Shown here in pieces: positions 1 through 13,845 of a stretch of DNA of 64,000 nt. How positions within the stretch are numbered: the first letter of the stretch is position 1; each line of letters starts with the position of its first letter. The translations under genes and the position numbers were made by a program. Source of the DNA: the human T2T-CHM13v2.0 reference genome, Homo sapiens. The stretch lies in NCBI RefSeq assembly GCF_009914755.1, contig NC_060926.1; one strand, given 5' to 3'. Below the pieces are notes generated by a model. That model was not told the DNA's origin. It saw only the letters and a list, made by a program, of their open reading frames with translations, and ran no database searches.

Positions 1-215
1 GTGCTGGGAGGCCTTGGGATCTGGGCTCATGTCCAGTTGTCTGACCAGGTACGCTATGTACTTCTTCATCTCATTGAACTGGAACAGGGTGGTGGTCTCA
101 GCGCTGTCTAAGATGAAAGCCATGTCGATGTCCACATCACTCCCTGCCGCTCTCCTGTCCCTGAAGGAAGGCCTCCAACTGCCAAATCCACAGGATGGGT
201 CGATGTTGCAGATGT
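1..215 (-). CDS. COL6A3: Exon 38 (5' part, runs off the window): C1-C2 linker and start of vWA C2
   Basis: [41 protein letters not shown]...; TAG acceptor at 216-218. Confidence 0.95.
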
Positions 216-328
216 CTAGAAAGAAGCATGGCAGCCTATTTGTTCTGTGACACCCACAGCAGGATACACAGCTCATCAATCTGCTGGGAGACTTGGGCGA
301 TTAAAATGATCACATAAGATCAAAAGCG

Positions 329-694
<366 letters not shown>

Positions 695-1127
695 CTATCA
701 CCTAATACTTAGTAGATGAAACAAATCACTAACCTAAAATCTTTGTAGCATACCATGTGCTGGCATTTTTAAAAGAAATGAAAAATTATATTACTTCTCT
801 GCCACTCTTTGAAGAAATATGTTCTAGAAAGTCACTAGTGCCAATGTTTTCATTCTAGATTCTAATGTCAAAACTTAAGCAGAAACTGCCTCCTCCTTTG
901 TTACCTATAAAATGAATTATCCGCCATCAAAGAGAAGCTCTGTTTTGGGAGGTCCATTTTTAATATAGAAACTGCTGCAGTAGTATTTACTCTGGTAAAT
1001 ACGAGGCTTTGTGAATCAATTGAACTCAAGCTCTTTTTACAGATCATCATTATTCTCTCACTCTCCCATGGATATTATGTTTTGCAATTGCAGCTGAGCA
1101 GATCTTCCTGTTAGAGAAACAGCTTAC

Positions 1128-1224
1128 CCAAGCAAACATGACACGTGAGGACATTCTCCAGGAAGTCTGTGAGGTCTCTCCCTGCAGGCAGGACAAGCGC
1201 ATGCCCCACTGCTGTGTTATTGAT
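1128..1224 (-). CDS. COL6A3: Exon 37, end of C1 (97 nt)
   Basis: [32 protein letters not shown]; CAG/GTAAGC. Confidence 0.95.
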
Positions 1225-1399
1225 CTGGTTTAAACAAAAGAACAATTTTGGTAGGGGCGTACATGATCAGTAATATCTGAAAATATGGCAGAGGAGTAAA
1301 TCAAAGCTACATCAATAAAATAGATTAACTTCCCAATAGGGCAGTATTGGGAATATCTTCTCATTTGGGGGTGGGGTTAGGCTCTGAGTATAATAGAAA

Positions 1400-1575
1400 G
1401 ACATAGGTTTTATTCTACTAGGGTGAGCTGGAGTTCATATCCCGTTCAAATGGGGTTCAGTTTTTTTCAGCTGTAAAATGGGGGGTAATACCTTCCTAAT
1501 GGTGTCATTTGGAGGGTTAAATTAGATAATAAATGTTAGTAACTGGTGTATCCTCTGGCAAATAGTAGGAACTTA
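1400..1575 (+). mobile_element. MIR fragment
   Basis: cagtttttttcagctgtaaaatggggg-taatacct...gttaaattagataat resembles the MIR core. Confidence 0.6.
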
Positions 1576-2054
1576 ATCTTATCGTTATTTTTAGCAACAA
1601 TATGGGAGCTCCATCCCTTCCCCACCCTCTCAGGTGTGGTTAAAGCAAGTAACAAAATCACTCCCAGTGGGTGCAGAGTCCTGTCTATCGCCGTACCTGG
1701 CACACGATTAGTAATTATTCATTTAACAAATAGCTAGTTTGAATGAATGACTGAGCAAATAATTAATGAATGAACAATTTTTTGATCTCGTTGAAACCAT
1801 GCTAAGAAACTCACGTGGTTCTGGGTCCCTCAGCCCACACAAGGACAGACTTATGTGAATGAATCCCCCCATCAAGAGCACATGGCCGGTAGCCCAACTT
1901 CAACACTGAATTCCCAAGCCCAGCGCTCTATGCACAAATCATCCTGTGTTCGGCAGAACAAGCCCTGAGGAATGGCAGTGATGACCCAATGTCTTTCGCC
2001 GACACAGGCTGTGGTAAAAGCATAGAATATCCAATGTGGAAGGAAAGACATTAG

Positions 2055-2180
2055 CAATCATCCTGCCCCAGTCTCAATTTACAGGTGAAAAATCTGAGAC
2101 GCAGGGACGCTAAGTGGCGTGCACATTACTTTAAATGGGTGGGGGGAGTGTGGAACCAGGCCAAGGCCTCCTGACTCCCG
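2055..2180 (-). mobile_element. MIR fragment
   Basis: atttacaggtgaaaaatctgag...aagtggc...ggaaccagg...ctgactcc resembles the antisense MIR core. Confidence 0.55.
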
Positions 2181-2275
2181 GGTGGACTCCTTCCTACCCA
2201 TCACCCATCTGTCTTGAACAGTATCGCCAGAACTGCACTGAATAAATATTAATTGATGTAAGAATTAAACTAGTT

Positions 2276-2625
<350 letters not shown>

Positions 2626-3378
2626 TTAATAGAATTACAAGCGACACTTGGCCTCTCCGTGGGCTGACCCTTGGGGCCTCACTGAAGAAAGCTTTGCACA
2701 GTGGTGTGGTGTAGATTGGGGGTGCTGAGTCGGCATAGTTTTGGGGACCTCACTGAGAGACTACAGGCCTCCAGGGCCACCCAGGATATTCACCTTCAGG
2801 GCCGATTGGGACAGAGTGGAGACTGGAATGGGTATCATCAGCACATGGGTTTCAGAGTCTAATGGACTAGGGTCCTAGCCTCTCACGAGCACCTCACTAA
2901 CAGCAGGATCTTCCTATCCATGAGGTGAGACTGATGATACAAACCTCACCAGCCAGTTATGGGAAGCAAATGCCCAGTACACAGTAAGACACAGCTCAGA
3001 GTGTGCACAGGGGGCCATCTTGGGAGGAGACAGGAAGGATGCAAACGTCCAGGTCCTCATGAATAAAGCAAACAAGTCACACCACCTTGTTAGTAGATAG
3101 AGAGTGTCACCAACACTAGCATCACTAACCGGCAAGAGCTGTCAACATGTGAGGAGGGACCTGGGGGCAGTGCTACAAGCATGTAGGCGTCCCTGTAGTG
3201 CTGGAGCCACGAGGTTGTCCTGGAGACCTCACAAGAGAAGTTCTCAGGCAGATGGCCTCATTGGGGACGTTTTAGGAGCTATGGGACATGAAGCCACAAA
3301 GGAGCATGGACGTGTCTGAGAACCTTCTCAGAGCCCCAGAAGAAAGGGAGATGCCAACAGCACGCACAGAGCACAGAC

Positions 3379-3872
3379 CTGCAAAGCGTTGATGAGCTGC
3401 CGGTCTTCCTGCCTTGTAAGGAACAAGGGGGTGATCCCCGCATCTGAGAGCTTGAGCACAGCCTCTCTGAGCTGTGGGGATGCTCTTGTGGGTGTGTTGC
3501 TGAAGAAAACAGCCACTTTCCTCATTAGGAATCCGTTCCTCACACGCTTAAATGTGTTCCTGGCCACAAACGACATGGCAGTCTCCAGACTCTGCTGTTT
3601 GGATGTCAGAGCCACCTGAAGGTTCTTAATCTTGTCCAGGAGGACCGACTTCCTCTTGGAGTCAGCAAACCGGATCTCCGTGGTCACCTCGTTGTTGTAG
3701 GTGACCACAGCCACCCGGGCCCCCCGTGGGCAGTTGCTCTCAGCAATGGTCAGGTCATTCACAATACTCAAGACCACATCTCGCATCCGGCCGAAAGTGT
3801 CTTGGTTGACTCCCTCAGAGGTGTCTAAAGCAAAGGCTAGTTCTGTTGGGAAGACGGGGCACTCCAGGGGCC
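3379..3872 (-). CDS. COL6A3: Exon 36, vWA domain C1 (494 nt)
   Basis: [21 protein letters not shown]...LINALQ; CAG/GTCTGT. Confidence 0.96.
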
Positions 3873-3969
3873 CTGTGGAAAGTAGAGGGTGGAGGGTTAA
3901 AGACAAACTGTACTTACTACAAAAGGGAGGCTTCCTTTCCTTAGGAGAAAGTCACCAAAATCAACTTAC

Positions 3970-3981
3970 CGTAACAGCAAG
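3970..3981 (-). CDS. COL6A3: Exon 35, 12-nt microexon ((P)CCY(G))
   Basis: CT TGC TGT TAC G between a long pyrimidine tract plus TAG and GTAAGT; in frame with exons 34 and 36. Confidence 0.9.
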
Positions 3982-4086
3982 CTAGAAAAGAAGCAAAGAG
4001 AAGAAAGGGTGAGAGACTACTCTACCATGTGAGAATTTCGAATGTAAAAATATGCATTGTGAGACAACAGAAAATCATGTACTTAC

Positions 4087-4123
4087 GGCATTTATCTTTG
4101 ATGCTTTGGATGAGGGCACATTG
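4087..4123 (-). CDS. COL6A3: Exon 34, post-helix junction (37 nt)
   Basis: QCALIQSIKDKC(P); AAG/GTAAGT. Confidence 0.93.
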
Positions 4124-4209
4124 CTTTAAAAGAAAATAAAAGAATATGTAAAGAGAGCAAATCAAAGGCTCATGAGGTTAATGAGTCATTCTGGACACAT
4201 GCAACTTAC

Positions 4210-4242
4210 ATCGATGGAGTCGCCCCTGTTGCCCTTGGGACC
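4210..4242 (-). CDS. COL6A3: Exon 33, end of triple helix (33 nt)
   Basis: GPKGNRGDSID; CAG/GTAAGT. Confidence 0.95.
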
Positions 4243-5531
4243 CTGTAAAACCAAGGAACGAAAGGTGAGAGGCACAGCAGATGGGGAATTCGAATAAACA
4301 GGCTTTGGCCCCCAGAAATACACAGAGCAAGACAAAGGGGCCCCTGGATAACCTTGATTGTTTACAGCCTCTCCCTCTAAACCTGATCTTATCCCTTGCA
4401 AAGCAAAAAAGAGAAGATTCTGGAGCAAATGTGTTTCCCTGGGAGGTCATTTGGCCTTTGAAATAGTCTCATGTTCTGAAACCAGGAAGCTCACCACCAA
4501 TCCATGTAAAGCCCACGAGTGAACCTGGGTCTAGATTCTGCTTCTCTTGAGAAAAGAGCTCCCTTTCACACGCTTGATACGCTGTCCCCTGCCGAAGGGG
4601 CAGTGAGAGATCATTGAGCTGCCCTGGCTCCCTCCGTGTCTAAAGCATCCCAGCTGAATTCCACCCCGAGGAGCTCTAGGGACTGACTCGTGGCTTCCCT
4701 CAGTGTCCCATGCCTAAACCTCACCACCCTGACAGCCCAGCAGGCATCTCATGGGCCATTAGTTGTCTTTCCAGGAGGCTATTTCTGCCTGCTTGGTCTT
4801 CTGCAGGAACTGGCTTAATGTGCTCCCCCCAACACTTCACCTACTTAAAGACAGCAATCAGACCCACCTGACCAGCTTTCTTTTCCCTAATTCAACCAAA
4901 CTAAGCCCTGAACCTTTCCTTCTAGGAATGATTTTCCAACTCCTGAATTATCTTTTCCATTATTTTTTGAAACTCACCAATTTCAATATTGAGGGACAAT
5001 ATATGGAGAAATTCAAATAAGAAAACAAAGGTATTAGCAATAAAGAGGTTTGGAAGGGCTGTGGGAGGATGCCCTCCTGGCTCCTGGTGGCAGCATGACT
5101 AGTGGGATTTAACCACAAATCAGGAGCTCCCTTGGGGATTTCATAGACCACAGGAAGCATTGTCAAACCAAGGCCTGGCATAATTACACTGCTTCTACAA
5201 GATGCAAGCAAAAGGTATTTAGATTTCCCCTCTTTGGTTTCTCCTCTACACAAACCTCAAATGCACCTATGCCAGGAAACTATAAAGGCAAATTACAATA
5301 CTCCCTAGATGACAGGATATCCCATGAAACCTATTTTTTTAAAGTTTCTTGTTACTCTAAAATTCAAAATCTCTTTGCTGCATCATGATGTCAGAGAGGC
5401 GGTTTGACAACCAAGCAAATACAAAGAGAGCACATTTTCTTGTGAGCAAAGCAGATGGTGGGAAGTTTTCAGGGACCACGTGTAAAGCACCCAGCCCCAG
5501 GTGGCCGGGTCAGAACTGGATAAATACTTAC

Positions 5532-5594
5532 AGCTGGTCCTGGGTAGCCAGGGTCTCCCTTCTGTCCAACTATCCCTGGAGGTCCCGAATTTCC
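5532..5594 (-). CDS. COL6A3: Exon 32, triple helix (63 nt)
   Basis: [21 protein letters not shown]; TAG/GTAAGT. Confidence 0.95.
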
Positions 5595-6122
5595 CTAGAG
5601 GGAGCAGAACAAACATTGTTCAACTGTGTCAGAAAGTGGAGAATTTAAGGCTCCTATAGTTGGAAGGTACGGTAAAAGTGATCTAACCCAAGGGACTCCA
5701 TCACCACGAAAAATCTCTCACTTTAAGGGAGCTAAAATGTCTCTTAAATTCAAGTTTAGGGACAAGCAACCTCAACAAAGCCAATGGGAGTCCCCCACCA
5801 ACTATAGAGGTGTTGTATATTGTGTTCTCTGCCAGGCTAAGGTAAGACAGGTGCTTTCCCAAGAACCACTAATATGATTACTAAGGACTCCCAGGAGAAT
5901 AGGTAACAGACAGTGAATTAGCTAATGCGTTCAGTGTAGATAATCATCCAATGTTTTAAAGCTCTTTGGGATATTAAATGATCTAGTTTGACTGTCTTCA
6001 CTGATCAAATTAATAAGATAATTATGTTTCTTTTTAAACTACATTTCAGGCTGAAAATAACTGTTAGCAACCTTTACACAGATCTAGGCCACAATTTGCT
6101 AATTGAAGACTCTGCCATTTTA

Positions 6123-6336
<214 letters not shown>

Positions 6337-6835
6337 AAGAATAAAAAGAAAAGAGCTATCAGGGCTAAAAGTAGCTTAAGGAAGAGGAATCTCAGCACCA
6401 GTAGTCTGAGGAGCCCATGGCCTTGGCCTGGCTCGCTTGCAAGCCTAGAGGCTTCAGAAGCAGTTGCCATGCCTCATTCACTCCCATTGCCTGGCCGTCT
6501 GGGTGGGCATGGCCCAAAGTGACTGCACAGACTTCCCAGTCACCCATAATGAGATTCGAGACTGCAGGTGGGTGCTGTGCCTGGAGTGAGCTGGGCTGGC
6601 GACCCTGGAGGTGAGTTGGAGGAAGAGGAATACACCTACAGGAGGAGAGCCATGGACCACAGCCATGGTGGCACCCTGAGGACATTGGTCTGGGGCTCAG
6701 GATTCCCTTCCTTCCACCCTGTGCTATCCCTGGCCAGGGTGCAAGTGAAGGATAATTGTCAAAGCCTCAGCAGTTAATCACATTGAGACATACGTTCTCA
6801 TTCCTCACCTGCAGCCAAGGCCCACGCAAACTTAC

Positions 6836-6898
6836 CCTTCGGCCTCTGATGCCTTTGGGTCCTGTTGTTCCATTTAGCCCAGGTTCACCTGGGTTACC
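6836..6898 (-). CDS. COL6A3: Exon 31, triple helix (63 nt)
   Basis: [21 protein letters not shown]; CAG/GTAAGT. Confidence 0.95.
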
Positions 6899-7109
6899 CT
6901 GGGAAGAAAGCCGAGAAGTGGCACAGTAAGCTTTGGAACAGAAGATCTCACTGAGGGTCCGTGGGGTAAGACATCCAGGAGACGTGTGGGTCACACTTTT
7001 CCCGGGCAGCCAAGTGGTTAGTTTTGATTCACTTTTCCAGTGGGTTACTACTATATTTGTGGTATTTGCAGATGGTCTTAATTTAATTAATCAGTAATGA
7101 TACTATCAT

Positions 7110-7318
7110 GTAGGTTATAGCATTTCACAGCTTACAGAGTACTTTGATTGCAGCATATTTTATTTAAATCTCATAAACACCAGGACAAGTACGTATTATG
7201 ACCTCCACTTGACAGATGAGAGAGTATTTTAGGGAAGGAAGGGTCTTTCTCAGGGTAGCCCAGTTAACTGAGTGGCTGACCCAAGACTAATGCCAAGATA
7301 TTCTGATTCTCAGTCCAT
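7110..7318 (-). mobile_element. MIR
   Basis: tattatgacctccacttgacagatgag...cccagttaact...ctgattctcagtcc. Confidence 0.6.
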
Positions 7319-7377
7319 GGACATACCAGAGCCATCCCAAAATCATGATGATGCTTCACCGACCAGGGATTATTTAC

Positions 7378-7413
7378 CTTTGGTCCTGGGTATCCAGGGA
7401 ATCCTCTTTCTCC
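7378..7413 (-). CDS. COL6A3: Exon 30, triple helix (36 nt)
   Basis: GERGFPGYPGPK; TAG/GTAAAT. Confidence 0.94.
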
Positions 7414-7641
7414 CTATAAAGGAAAAATAGATTATTTAATACTTGGTTCTAATTTAAATTCATCTAAAATAAATTGACCTTGAAAGAAAGAAATGTCTGC
7501 TGAGTCATCAAACGAAAACACTCACTCAAATACAAAGACAATTTTTAAAGAAATAATTCTTTTAAAACACAACACATCAGAAGTTGTCCTTGGAGCCTCC
7601 TGGCAGCAAGGACGCTTGGATAATCCTCAGCAGATACGTAC

Positions 7642-7692
7642 TTTTTTGCCTCTGCGTCCTTCACTGCCAACTCCGTCTCTCCCGTCATCTCC
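7642..7692 (-). CDS. COL6A3: Exon 29, triple helix with interruption (51 nt)
   Basis: GDDGRDGVGSEGRRGKK; TAG/GTACGT. Confidence 0.94.
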
Positions 7693-9175
7693 CTAAGAGT
7701 GGGAAAGAGATGTGACTGTAGGTCGCCATGCCTGGCACACCATAACCACCGTCTCTGCCCTGCCGCTGCCCCTGAGAAGTGGATCCTTGAGCTCCTGAAA
7801 TGTTTGCAGACTAAGGTACAGGAGTAGGCACACTTCCTGCTCCTGTCCTATCTTCCAAGTGTGAACAAGACCATTTCTGTAGGCGGTGGGCTCAAAGGAC
7901 TCCCGTAGCAAAATGGCACTGGCGGACTAACATAGAAAGAACTGCTGGTTGCTTTTGGTAAAGATTCTGTTTGGATGTAGAATCAAAGACTCGTCAACCC
8001 CAAGAATCTTAGAATTGACAGGAATCTTGATGGTTACTTTGATTCTATGCATCCGTAAGTCTTTGATTCTACTTCAAAACCAAAACACTGAACTCCATCT
8101 CTCAGGCCCAGGTCATATTCCCCCTCCCCATATCCCTTCCCTTCCTTCCAAGTCATCACCCCTAGACCCCCTCCTTTCCAACACCTCCCCCCAGCATGCT
8201 CAGATCTGTTCCTGTTGCTCTCTCATGAGGAGCATTCAGAACTGGACGTCATTAATTATGAATCAGAAGAATCAGAAGAACGTGTGTGAATTGTACATTA
8301 CTATCTCTAACATATGTAGGAATTGCCACTTAGTTAATTTACAGTTTTCAACAGATATCAACAACTAGAGATCTGTTGACCCAAATTACTAGAAACAGAA
8401 TCAGGAAGAGATTTCCTTCAATGGTTTGAAGTCTGATTTTTTCCCTGTGCTTCTGAGATTAAAAGTAATACAAACAGATTCGTTTTTAAACTTCAGTTAG
8501 TTGAAAAGACAAAAATGAAAGACAGAAAAATATTTTGATGCTTGGAATTAAAACAGTCAGATCAACCTGGTCCTTTTATACAGTGTTAGGTGCCATGACT
8601 CCTTTTGGAAAAAGTCACAATGGACCGTAGATTTCTTTATTCTTTTGTAACGTAGAAATGTACATCACAAAATTATTGTTGGTGAGTTTTTGGGGCATTT
8701 TTAAATAGCATTTAAAAAACGAGTTACTGAGGTAATAATTTCTATTCCTAAGATGTCTCATTCAAAAGAAATTGTTTCCATCTGGACTGAGACCTAATCA
8801 AATCCAATTCCATTTTAACCCAAATGACATTTACTTCTTTGCAGAAAAGCTTCATCTAGTTATGCTTGCAAAGCATTTGCGGGACCTAAGATGAAGGTAG
8901 TTTAAGCTTCATTAGCCTCTACATTCTCTTGTATCAGGAAAAACACAGGGGAAAAAATGTCTCTCCCCACGGCCCGCCCCACCTCTCTACCCCTGCCAAT
9001 AAAATAAAACTTGTTAAATTAATTTGCCGCAGATGAGCAAGTTTCAGTATTTCCAGCCGTATCCCCAATAATACAAGAAGCAAGGCTCATCTTTATTTGG
9101 AACCCTCTCCTGGCTTCCTGCACCTTCCAGCAAAGAGTCAGCGACAGCCTGACCCCAAGCGCGCTGTGACCTTAC

Positions 9176-9238
9176 CGTCTCCCCACGAGGGCCCCGGTTC
9201 CCGATTCCTCCTTTTGGTCCTGGCTCTCCGGGCTCACC
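9176..9238 (-). CDS. COL6A3: Exon 28, triple helix (63 nt)
   Basis: [21 protein letters not shown]; TAG/GTAAGG. Confidence 0.95.
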
Positions 9239-10158
9239 CTAGACATGAGAAACATGGCTGAGACCCTGTGGCCTGGGGCTGGCTTACAGTGTGATGCCAA
9301 GCCATGCTTTTGCTCTAGGTAAGGGTGCTGCAACATGCTGACTTCACCTTTGAGATTTCGGTGGAATGATTTTCTAAATTGCAACATTCATGTGCAAACT
9401 CCTGGAAAAGAATCCAGGAGGGTTTTGTTTGTCCTTTTCACCAGCGTGGCATGGGGGACGGGCTGATGAGAAGAGAGAGTAACAACTGGGAGAAGAAGGC
9501 ACGGAAGGCGGTGGGCATTGAGCCCAGCATAAAACCCCAAAACACTCTCCAGGCAGAGACCATCGTGGATTCACAGGAACTCATTTCTTTTACAGAGAAC
9601 ATGCAGTCTTTTCGGACTGGTTATGACAAATTGTAATTTATCTCAAAGCTGATAGAAAGGAGGTTCTCAGGCAGCCTTCATACAGCAGACTTGCTGTTAT
9701 CCAGGACAGTCAGGGTCGGGGCTCTTGGATGATCTAAATGTGATTAGCTGAGCCACTGTGCGTGCACTGCCCATGTTTAAAGACTGCTCGTTCCATATTA
9801 TACTGAAACTGTACCAAGCACTGCCCGGCTGCTCTGATGGCTCAGAGGGTGCTGCACTATTGGCACAAGCCAAGCAAGAGAGGAGCAGAAAACCTGGCAG
9901 CTGATGGAGGGCTGTGGCCAGGAGAAAGCCAGCCCTCTGAGCAGAGATGGTTGGTGGCAGGGATGGTGGTGGGAATTATGGTGGGGATTGTTGGGGGACA
10001 ATGATTCCACTGGCCAAGCCGCGATCAACAGGGGAGGCTGGAGTGGGAACCAGTAGTACTGAAGAGGAGGGACAGACAGACTGACCAAAGAGGGAGAGGG
10101 GCATGTGTGCCTGGCTGGTCCCTGTCCTCAGGAAAGCTCTACCTTTCTAAAGACAAAC

Positions 10159-10221
10159 CTTTCTTCCCAGTGGACCGGTTCTGCCTCGTTCTCCAGGAGC
10201 ACCAGCGGCACCTCCGCTTCC
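10159..10221 (-). CDS. COL6A3: Exon 27, triple helix (63 nt)
   Basis: [21 protein letters not shown]; CAG acceptor, weak GTTTGT donor. Confidence 0.93.
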
Positions 10222-11550
10222 CTGGAGCAGGAGGGGAGGAATGTGTCAGTGAAGTGGCCAACCGTCCAGGCAAATTGGTCTCTGAAACCTGACTCTCCCC
10301 TGCATGGAAGTCAGAGCCCGCCAGGGGCATGGAACCTGTCCCACCTGCAAATCCCAAGCACTCAGCTCTGAGCACGGGGCTACGGACTCAAATATAAACA
10401 TGCACAGAAATGGCATGCACAAATTTAAAACATGAGTATTACCTCTCAGTGCCAGTTTTCACAAATTAATGCATGTTGCAGTTATTAATGTACATATCCT
10501 AGGTTCCTGACAGGACGGCAAGCTCCCAGATTTTATGTGACTTTATTCTGCCTCCCTTTTCACACCCTCACAGTGAGCACCTGGTACATATGGGCATGTT
10601 AAAGCCTGTTAGGTGAATGAATAAACTGATGGATGAAATTAACTCTTAAAATGTGGTACAGTCTACGCAACCCACAAATAACATAAAAGAGATGGTGAAA
10701 AAGTGCAAATTAATAAATGTTTCTGGAGCTACTGGATAACTATTTGAATAGCTTTGCATCTATACCATCTTAAATTGTTGATTAATTACAAGTTAAGTAA
10801 ATGTTTTTTAAAAACGTCTAAAGATATGTATTTATCAGCTTTCAAGCTAGAGAAGGACTTTCTAAGCAAGTTCTTGCCTGCTTCCACCATAAAATATTTT
10901 TGTACATTTATGTAGCAACATATTGAGCTCGTTACCAGTTTATTAGTCATTTTTTGGTAATAAATGATAGGATGCCTCCCTCAATATCATCTCAGCCATG
11001 AGGGAAACCCGAATACGTAATTCCGTGACACCTGATCCTAGCCCAGCAATGACAGTGTGTCTCTGCTCATCATTGCTGATAGCTGCATTGCAAGATAACA
11101 TCTGCAGTCACAGCAAGTTTAAGGGCCATCTTCTGTGCTGAACTCATGGGTGAACTTGAGGCACTCACTATACAAAATACATAAGCACAAGGGGCTATCT
11201 CCAGGGACCAAAGGTGAAACACCTTGCAGAATCTAAGCATTTTGGTAGATTTAGATTTTCCAGGATTCCATCCTGAGGCATATCCCCTGATTTCCACCCA
11301 GGGACACTTGGAAGGAGCAGAATTGAGACTTAGAGGCCCATGGAGCACCAAAAAAGGAAACTCTTACTTTCTTGGGGTGAAGTAGCCAGTCACTGCAAGG
11401 CCTGAGGTTAAATCTGGGGTTTTTGTTGCCAAAGAGGAGAGCTAAAGGGAGGTCTGTCTACAATAGCATCATCCGAGAAACTCTCTCAGCCTGCTTGAAA
11501 ATGTGCCCTCTGTTCAGCTAGAGAGGGGGCTGGTATTAGGACAGGCTTAC

Positions 11551-11613
11551 CCGAGGTCCAGAAATGCCTTGTTCTCCTATCAGCCCTGGAGGACCAGCAG
11601 GACCAGCTGGGCC
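11551..11613 (-). CDS. COL6A3: Exon 26, triple helix (63 nt)
   Basis: [21 protein letters not shown]; CAG/GTAAGC. Confidence 0.95.
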
Positions 11614-11794
11614 CTGAGGAAGGAAAAGACCATCGTGAGTGCTAATGAGGTGACTTTCCATGAGAAGCCTCTGCATGGCATCTGCCCATCCCACAGGGCC
11701 TGGAACCTCACTTCTGCTGGCCAAAAACGGCCACCAAAACCCACAATTATCCTGTCTTAGCTGCAGTAGCAGCTGCCTCAATCCAGATCGTGAA

Positions 11795-12320
11795 TAGGCA
11801 AGTGAGCTTAAAATGTATACAAGCAACAAGCATTCAGACAAAAACGTGTAGGAGAATCTTCACAGAAGCATCATTCACAATTGCCAGAAGATGGCAACAA
11901 CCTAAATCTCCATCAACCAATGAGTGGATAAACAAAGTGTGCTGTAGCCACACAACAGAGTATCCTTCCACCATGTAAAGGAATGAAGTGCTTCTACATG
12001 CTGCAATGTGGATGAAGCTCAAGAACATGATGCTCCGTCAAGCCACACACACAAAGCTGCCTAGTAAATGATTCCATTTATACAAAATATCCATAGTGGG
12101 CAAATCCATAAAGAGAGAGAGATTAGTGGCTGCCAGGGACTCGGGGTGGAGGGTGATGGGGAGTGACTGCTAATGGGTACAGGTCTCCTTCGAGACTGTG
12201 TTTTGAACCTAGATAGAGGTGATGATTGCACAGCATTGTGGAAGTACCAAATGCCACTGGATTGTTCACTTTAAAATGGTTAACTTTCCGGATATAAATG
12301 CCACCCAATCATTTTTTAAA
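11795..12320 (+). mobile_element. Old L1 (L1M-type) 3' end
   Basis: gcatcattcacaattgccagaagatggcaacaacctaaatctccatcaac...ggataaacaaa...cactttaaaatggttaact. Confidence 0.85.
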
Positions 12321-12369
12321 TGATTTGTGAAATATCAGAGGGCACACAGTCACACACGGAAGCACTCAC

Positions 12370-12432
12370 CTGTGCACCTCTGGTCCCCTGCTCTCCCTCA
12401 AAGCCCGGCTGGCCAGGACCGCCCTTGTTGCC
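12370..12432 (-). CDS. COL6A3: Exon 25, triple helix (63 nt)
   Basis: [21 protein letters not shown]; AAG/GTGAGT. Confidence 0.95.
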
Positions 12433-12918
12433 CTTTGAAATAAGAGAAGATGCAGGGAGGAGTCAGGATGGTTCCTGTCAATGTCAGCTCTTTGCTCTAC
12501 AGTCATTTCTGGGCCAGGGACTTGGAAAGCAACCAGGGAAAACTCAGCTCTTCCAGAGGTAACAGATGATCAAAGCGGTAACCCCAGGTGAGACACTGAG
12601 CACAGGAGCCAGCTGTCTCCCTGCACTTCTACAATTGTTCCTCACTCTTGCCTCACCTCTCCTCGGACAGCTTTGTGAAACAGGGATCATTTAGACCTAA
12701 AGCAGAGGACCGAGACACCGGGAAGTTGCGGGTTGCTGATGGCCAGATAGGTGAGCACGTTCTGGAAGAGGCGCCCGCCCGGGACACTACTGCCTCAGTC
12801 ATGTTTCCTGCACTTGGACCCCAAGTCCCCACTGGGCACCATTTTCTCTAGACTCTGCAGAAGAGGCTGTTTAAGGAGACGGCTGACAGAGCCTCGGGAG
12901 CCAGAACAGCCCAAGGAG

Positions 12919-13845
12919 GATGAAAGAAAAATAAATCTCAGAACCCCAAAATCGCTAAGCCAAAGGGAAAAGTCAAGCTGGGAACTGCATCAGACAGAGC
13001 TGCCTCCCATTCTATTCTCAAATAAGATAGCTACAAAGAATTTTTTTTTTTTTTTTTTGAGATGGAGTTTCACTCTAGTTGCCCAGGCTGGAGTGCAATG
13101 GCATGATCTTGGCTCACTGCAACCTCTGCCTCCCGGGTTCAAGTGATTCTCTTGCCTCAGGCTCCTGAGTAGCTGGGATTACAAGCTTACAAGCATGCAC
13201 CACCACGCCTGGCTATTTTGTATTTTTAGTAGAGACGGGGTTTCTCCATATTGGTCAGGCTAGTCTCGAACTCCCAACCTCAGGTGATCCGCCTGTCTCA
13301 GCCTCCCAGAGTGCTGGGATTACAGGCATCAGCCACCGTCCTGGCCAGATTTTTTTTTTTTTAAGCTGCATACCTCCCTCACATTCTGCCCACAGGGAAA
13401 TTCCTTGTGGACAAAGGACAGACAGAACTGAAAGTCATCCCTCTGCTCATGGGAGACAAAGGCATATCCAATTGCTTCCTTCGCCCTGTTTTTCACTAAG
13501 CCTAACTAAGGCATAGGTGACTGTTCTGGTAAACTGTGTATTCAGTGAAAGGCTAATCAGAGACTCAAAAGAATGCAACCTTTTGTCTCTTATCTACCTA
13601 TGACCTGGAAGCCTCCTCCCCTGCCTCGAGTTGTCCCACCTTTCTGGACCGAACCAATGTACATCTCACACATATTGATTGATGTCTCATGTCTCCCTAA
13701 AATGTGTAAAACCAAGCTGTGCCCCGAACACCTTGGGCAGGTGTCATCAGGGCCTTCTGAGGCTGTGTCACGGGCATGTCTTTAACCTTGGCGAAATCAA
13801 CTTTCTAAATTGATTGGTATCTGTCTCCGAAGCTTTGGGTTCACA
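12919..13845 (+). mobile_element. MER4-family (ERV1) solo LTR, interrupted by an Alu
   Basis: tgaaagaaaataaatctc...aagggaaaagtcaagctgggaactgc at the 5' end, ...gggttcaca at the 3' end; 4-bp TSD GGAG at 12915-12918 and 13846-13849. Confidence 0.8.
13041..13346 (-). mobile_element. Alu (AluS, Sp/Sq-like) nested in the MER4 LTR
   Basis: Poly-T followed by an antisense Alu; inserted in an LTR T-run. Confidence 0.95.
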
